Assembly: GCA_016926735.1 (NCBI GenBank)
Contig: JAFGOA010000011.1
Coordinates: 1 to 64,000 of the forward strand
Source of the DNA: Promethearchaeota archaeon
GTDB lineage: Archaea; Asgardarchaeota; Lokiarchaeia; Sigyniarchaeales; SOKP01
Reading direction: 5' to 3'
Length of the DNA stretch: 64,000 nt
In this document: piece by piece, positions 62,472-64,000 of the stretch
Layout of the letters: each line of letters opens with the position of its first letter
Position numbering within the stretch: position 1 is the first letter of the stretch
The notes under the pieces: generated by a model
Databases searched by the model: none
What the model was told of the DNA's origin: nothing
The model's input: only the letters and a program-made list of their open reading frames with translations
Made by a program: the position numbers and the translations under genes

Positions 62472-63005
62472 TTATTTACCTATTTCTTTTTTTCCAATAA
62501 TTATTTTTGCTAAATATTCAAATGCATTATCAACATGTACTCCTGTTTTAGCAGAAGTTCGAAAAAACTTTGTAGGTTGAATTTGTGTTTTAATTTTTTC
62601 TATATCCTTATCAGTTATTTCTTGTTCAAGATCACATTTATTACCAATTAAAATAATCGGTATTGATTGAGTGTATTTTTCTAAGTCAGGATACCAGAAA
62701 TCTACAATATTATCAAAAGATCTTTTTCTTGATAAATCTCCCAAAATAATTGCTCCATGTGTTCCAATATAATACCGATGTCTCATTCTTCTCCAACGTT
62801 CTTGTCCTGCAATATCCCATAGATTTAATTTTATTTTTGTCCCATTTTTTAGATCTATGTCTTTGGTATATATATTTGTCCCAATAGTACTTCTATATTC
62901 CTTACTAAAATGACCACTTATATATCTCTGAACTATACTTGTTTTTCCAACATTAGGTGCTCCTATTATAATAATTTTAAATTTAAAATCTTTTTGTTCA
63001 GACAT
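62472..63005 (-). CDS. Rab-like small GTPase
   Basis: GAPNVGKT, TIG, WDIAGQE, GNKCD, TSAKTG. Confidence 0.92.
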   Translation of the reverse strand: MSEQKDFKFKIIIIGAPNVGKTSIVQRYISGHFSKEYRSTIGTNIYTKDIDLKNGTKIKLNLWDIAGQERWRRMRHRYYIGTHGAIILGDLSRKRSFDNIVDFWYPDLEKYTQSIPIILIGNKCDLEQEITDKDIEKIKTQIQPTKFFRTSAKTGVHVDNAFEYLAKIIIGKKEIGK

Positions 63006-63169
63006 TATCCAAATATTTTTTATTCATCTGTTTTAATCTAATAAGTAAAGATATTTTACAAATTTAAAAATAATTAAAACAAAAAAAAGATAAAATAGCT
63101 TCAGAATTTAAATAAGAATATATTATATTTTATTATTTAGATATTAAAAATATAAAAAGATAATGAATT

Positions 63170-64000
63170 ATGACTACAGGAATTATCTATGATCCTATAT
63201 ATTTAGAACATCGTATAGGACAACATGTTGAATCTCATGAACGATTAATTGCGATTATAGAGTATTTAAAAGAAAAGCAAATTCTAGACGATCCTAACTT
63301 TAAATTAATTAAACCAAGAAGTGCAACTCTAGAACAAATTAAATATGTACATACTGAAGCTTTAATTAATGAGATTAAAGAAATAAGTAAAATTGCAGAT
63401 TTAACAGGTAAGATCCAAAATCTTGATATGGATACATCTGTTTCTGCAAAGACGTATGATGCTTCTTTATTCTCTGTAGGAGGTAATCTTGAAGCTATAG
63501 ATAGAATTCTTAATGGAGATATTACTAATGCGTTTTCAATTGTCCGTCCTCCTGGTCATCATTCAAGAAAAAACAGATGTTCTGGTTTTTGTATATTTAA
63601 TAATATTGCGATAACAGCAGAATATTTGCTAAGAGAAAAAGAATTTAAGAAAGTTGCTATAATCGATTGGGATTGTCATCATGGTGATGGAACTCAGGAG
63701 ATATTTTATCAAGGAAGCTCTTCAGAAAAAGGAGATGTCATTTTTTTTAGCTCTCATCAAGACGGAAGAACTTTATATCCTGGAAGTGGTTTTATTAATG
63801 AAATTGGAAAGGGGAAAGGAGAAGGAAAGATTATTAATTATCCTATGCCCCCTAAAGCAGCTGATGATGTTCTAATGATTTTTTTTGAAGAAATAATTAA
63901 ACCAATATTATTTGAGTTTAAACCTGATTTTATTTTAATTTCTGCAGGATTTGATACTCATTGGACAGATAGATTAACTAATATGGGATGGACATATCAA
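63170..64000 (+). CDS. Histone deacetylase-family protein (3' truncated by window; missing from the ORF track)
   Basis: MTTGIIYDPIYLEH...HVES.ERL, RPPGHH, SGFC, DWDCHHGDGTQ, YPGSG, SAGFD. Confidence 0.92.
   Translation, partial: MTTGIIYDPIYLEHRIGQHVESHERLIAIIEYLKEKQILDDPNFKLIKPRSATLEQIKYVHTEALINEIKEISKIADLTGKIQNLDMDTSVSAKTYDASLFSVGGNLEAIDRILNGDITNAFSIVRPPGHHSRKNRCSGFCIFNNIAITAEYLLREKEFKKVAIIDWDCHHGDGTQEIFYQGSSSEKGDVIFFSSHQDGRTLYPGSGFINEIGKGKGEGKIINYPMPPKAADDVLMIFFEEIIKPILFEFKPDFILISAGFDTHWTDRLTNMGWTYQ

Noticed and set aside
63681-63875. 64-aa plus-strand ORF
   Set aside because: Out-of-frame overlap with the deacetylase gene starting at 63170

Overview
AT-rich archaeal chromosome segment whose gene content points to Asgard archaea, most likely Lokiarchaeia (two Rab-like GTPases, a roadblock protein, a longin/uDENN-like protein, an EMC6-like protein, rpl15e-rpp30-pop5, TopoVI, GINS, MCM). 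It carries a chromosome-biology cluster (degenerate Cdc6/Orc1, smc, scpA, scpB, top6B/A, gins, intein-containing mcm, uvrD), housekeeping and metabolic genes, two intron-containing tRNAs (Arg-TCT, Ala-CGC), a C/D-box sRNA and a family of IS200/IS605 (tnpB)-derived miniature elements. Most notable: (1) an unannotated 38-codon signal-peptide ORF lying between a Rab-like GTPase and an 8-TM (1+7) membrane protein inside the smc-scpA interval, a candidate peptide-receptor-GTPase signalling module; (2) an SMC lacking the canonical hinge, with arms built from ~90/97-aa tandem repeats; (3) an unassigned ~390-nt structured non-coding region. All calls come from reading motifs by eye; no database search was run.
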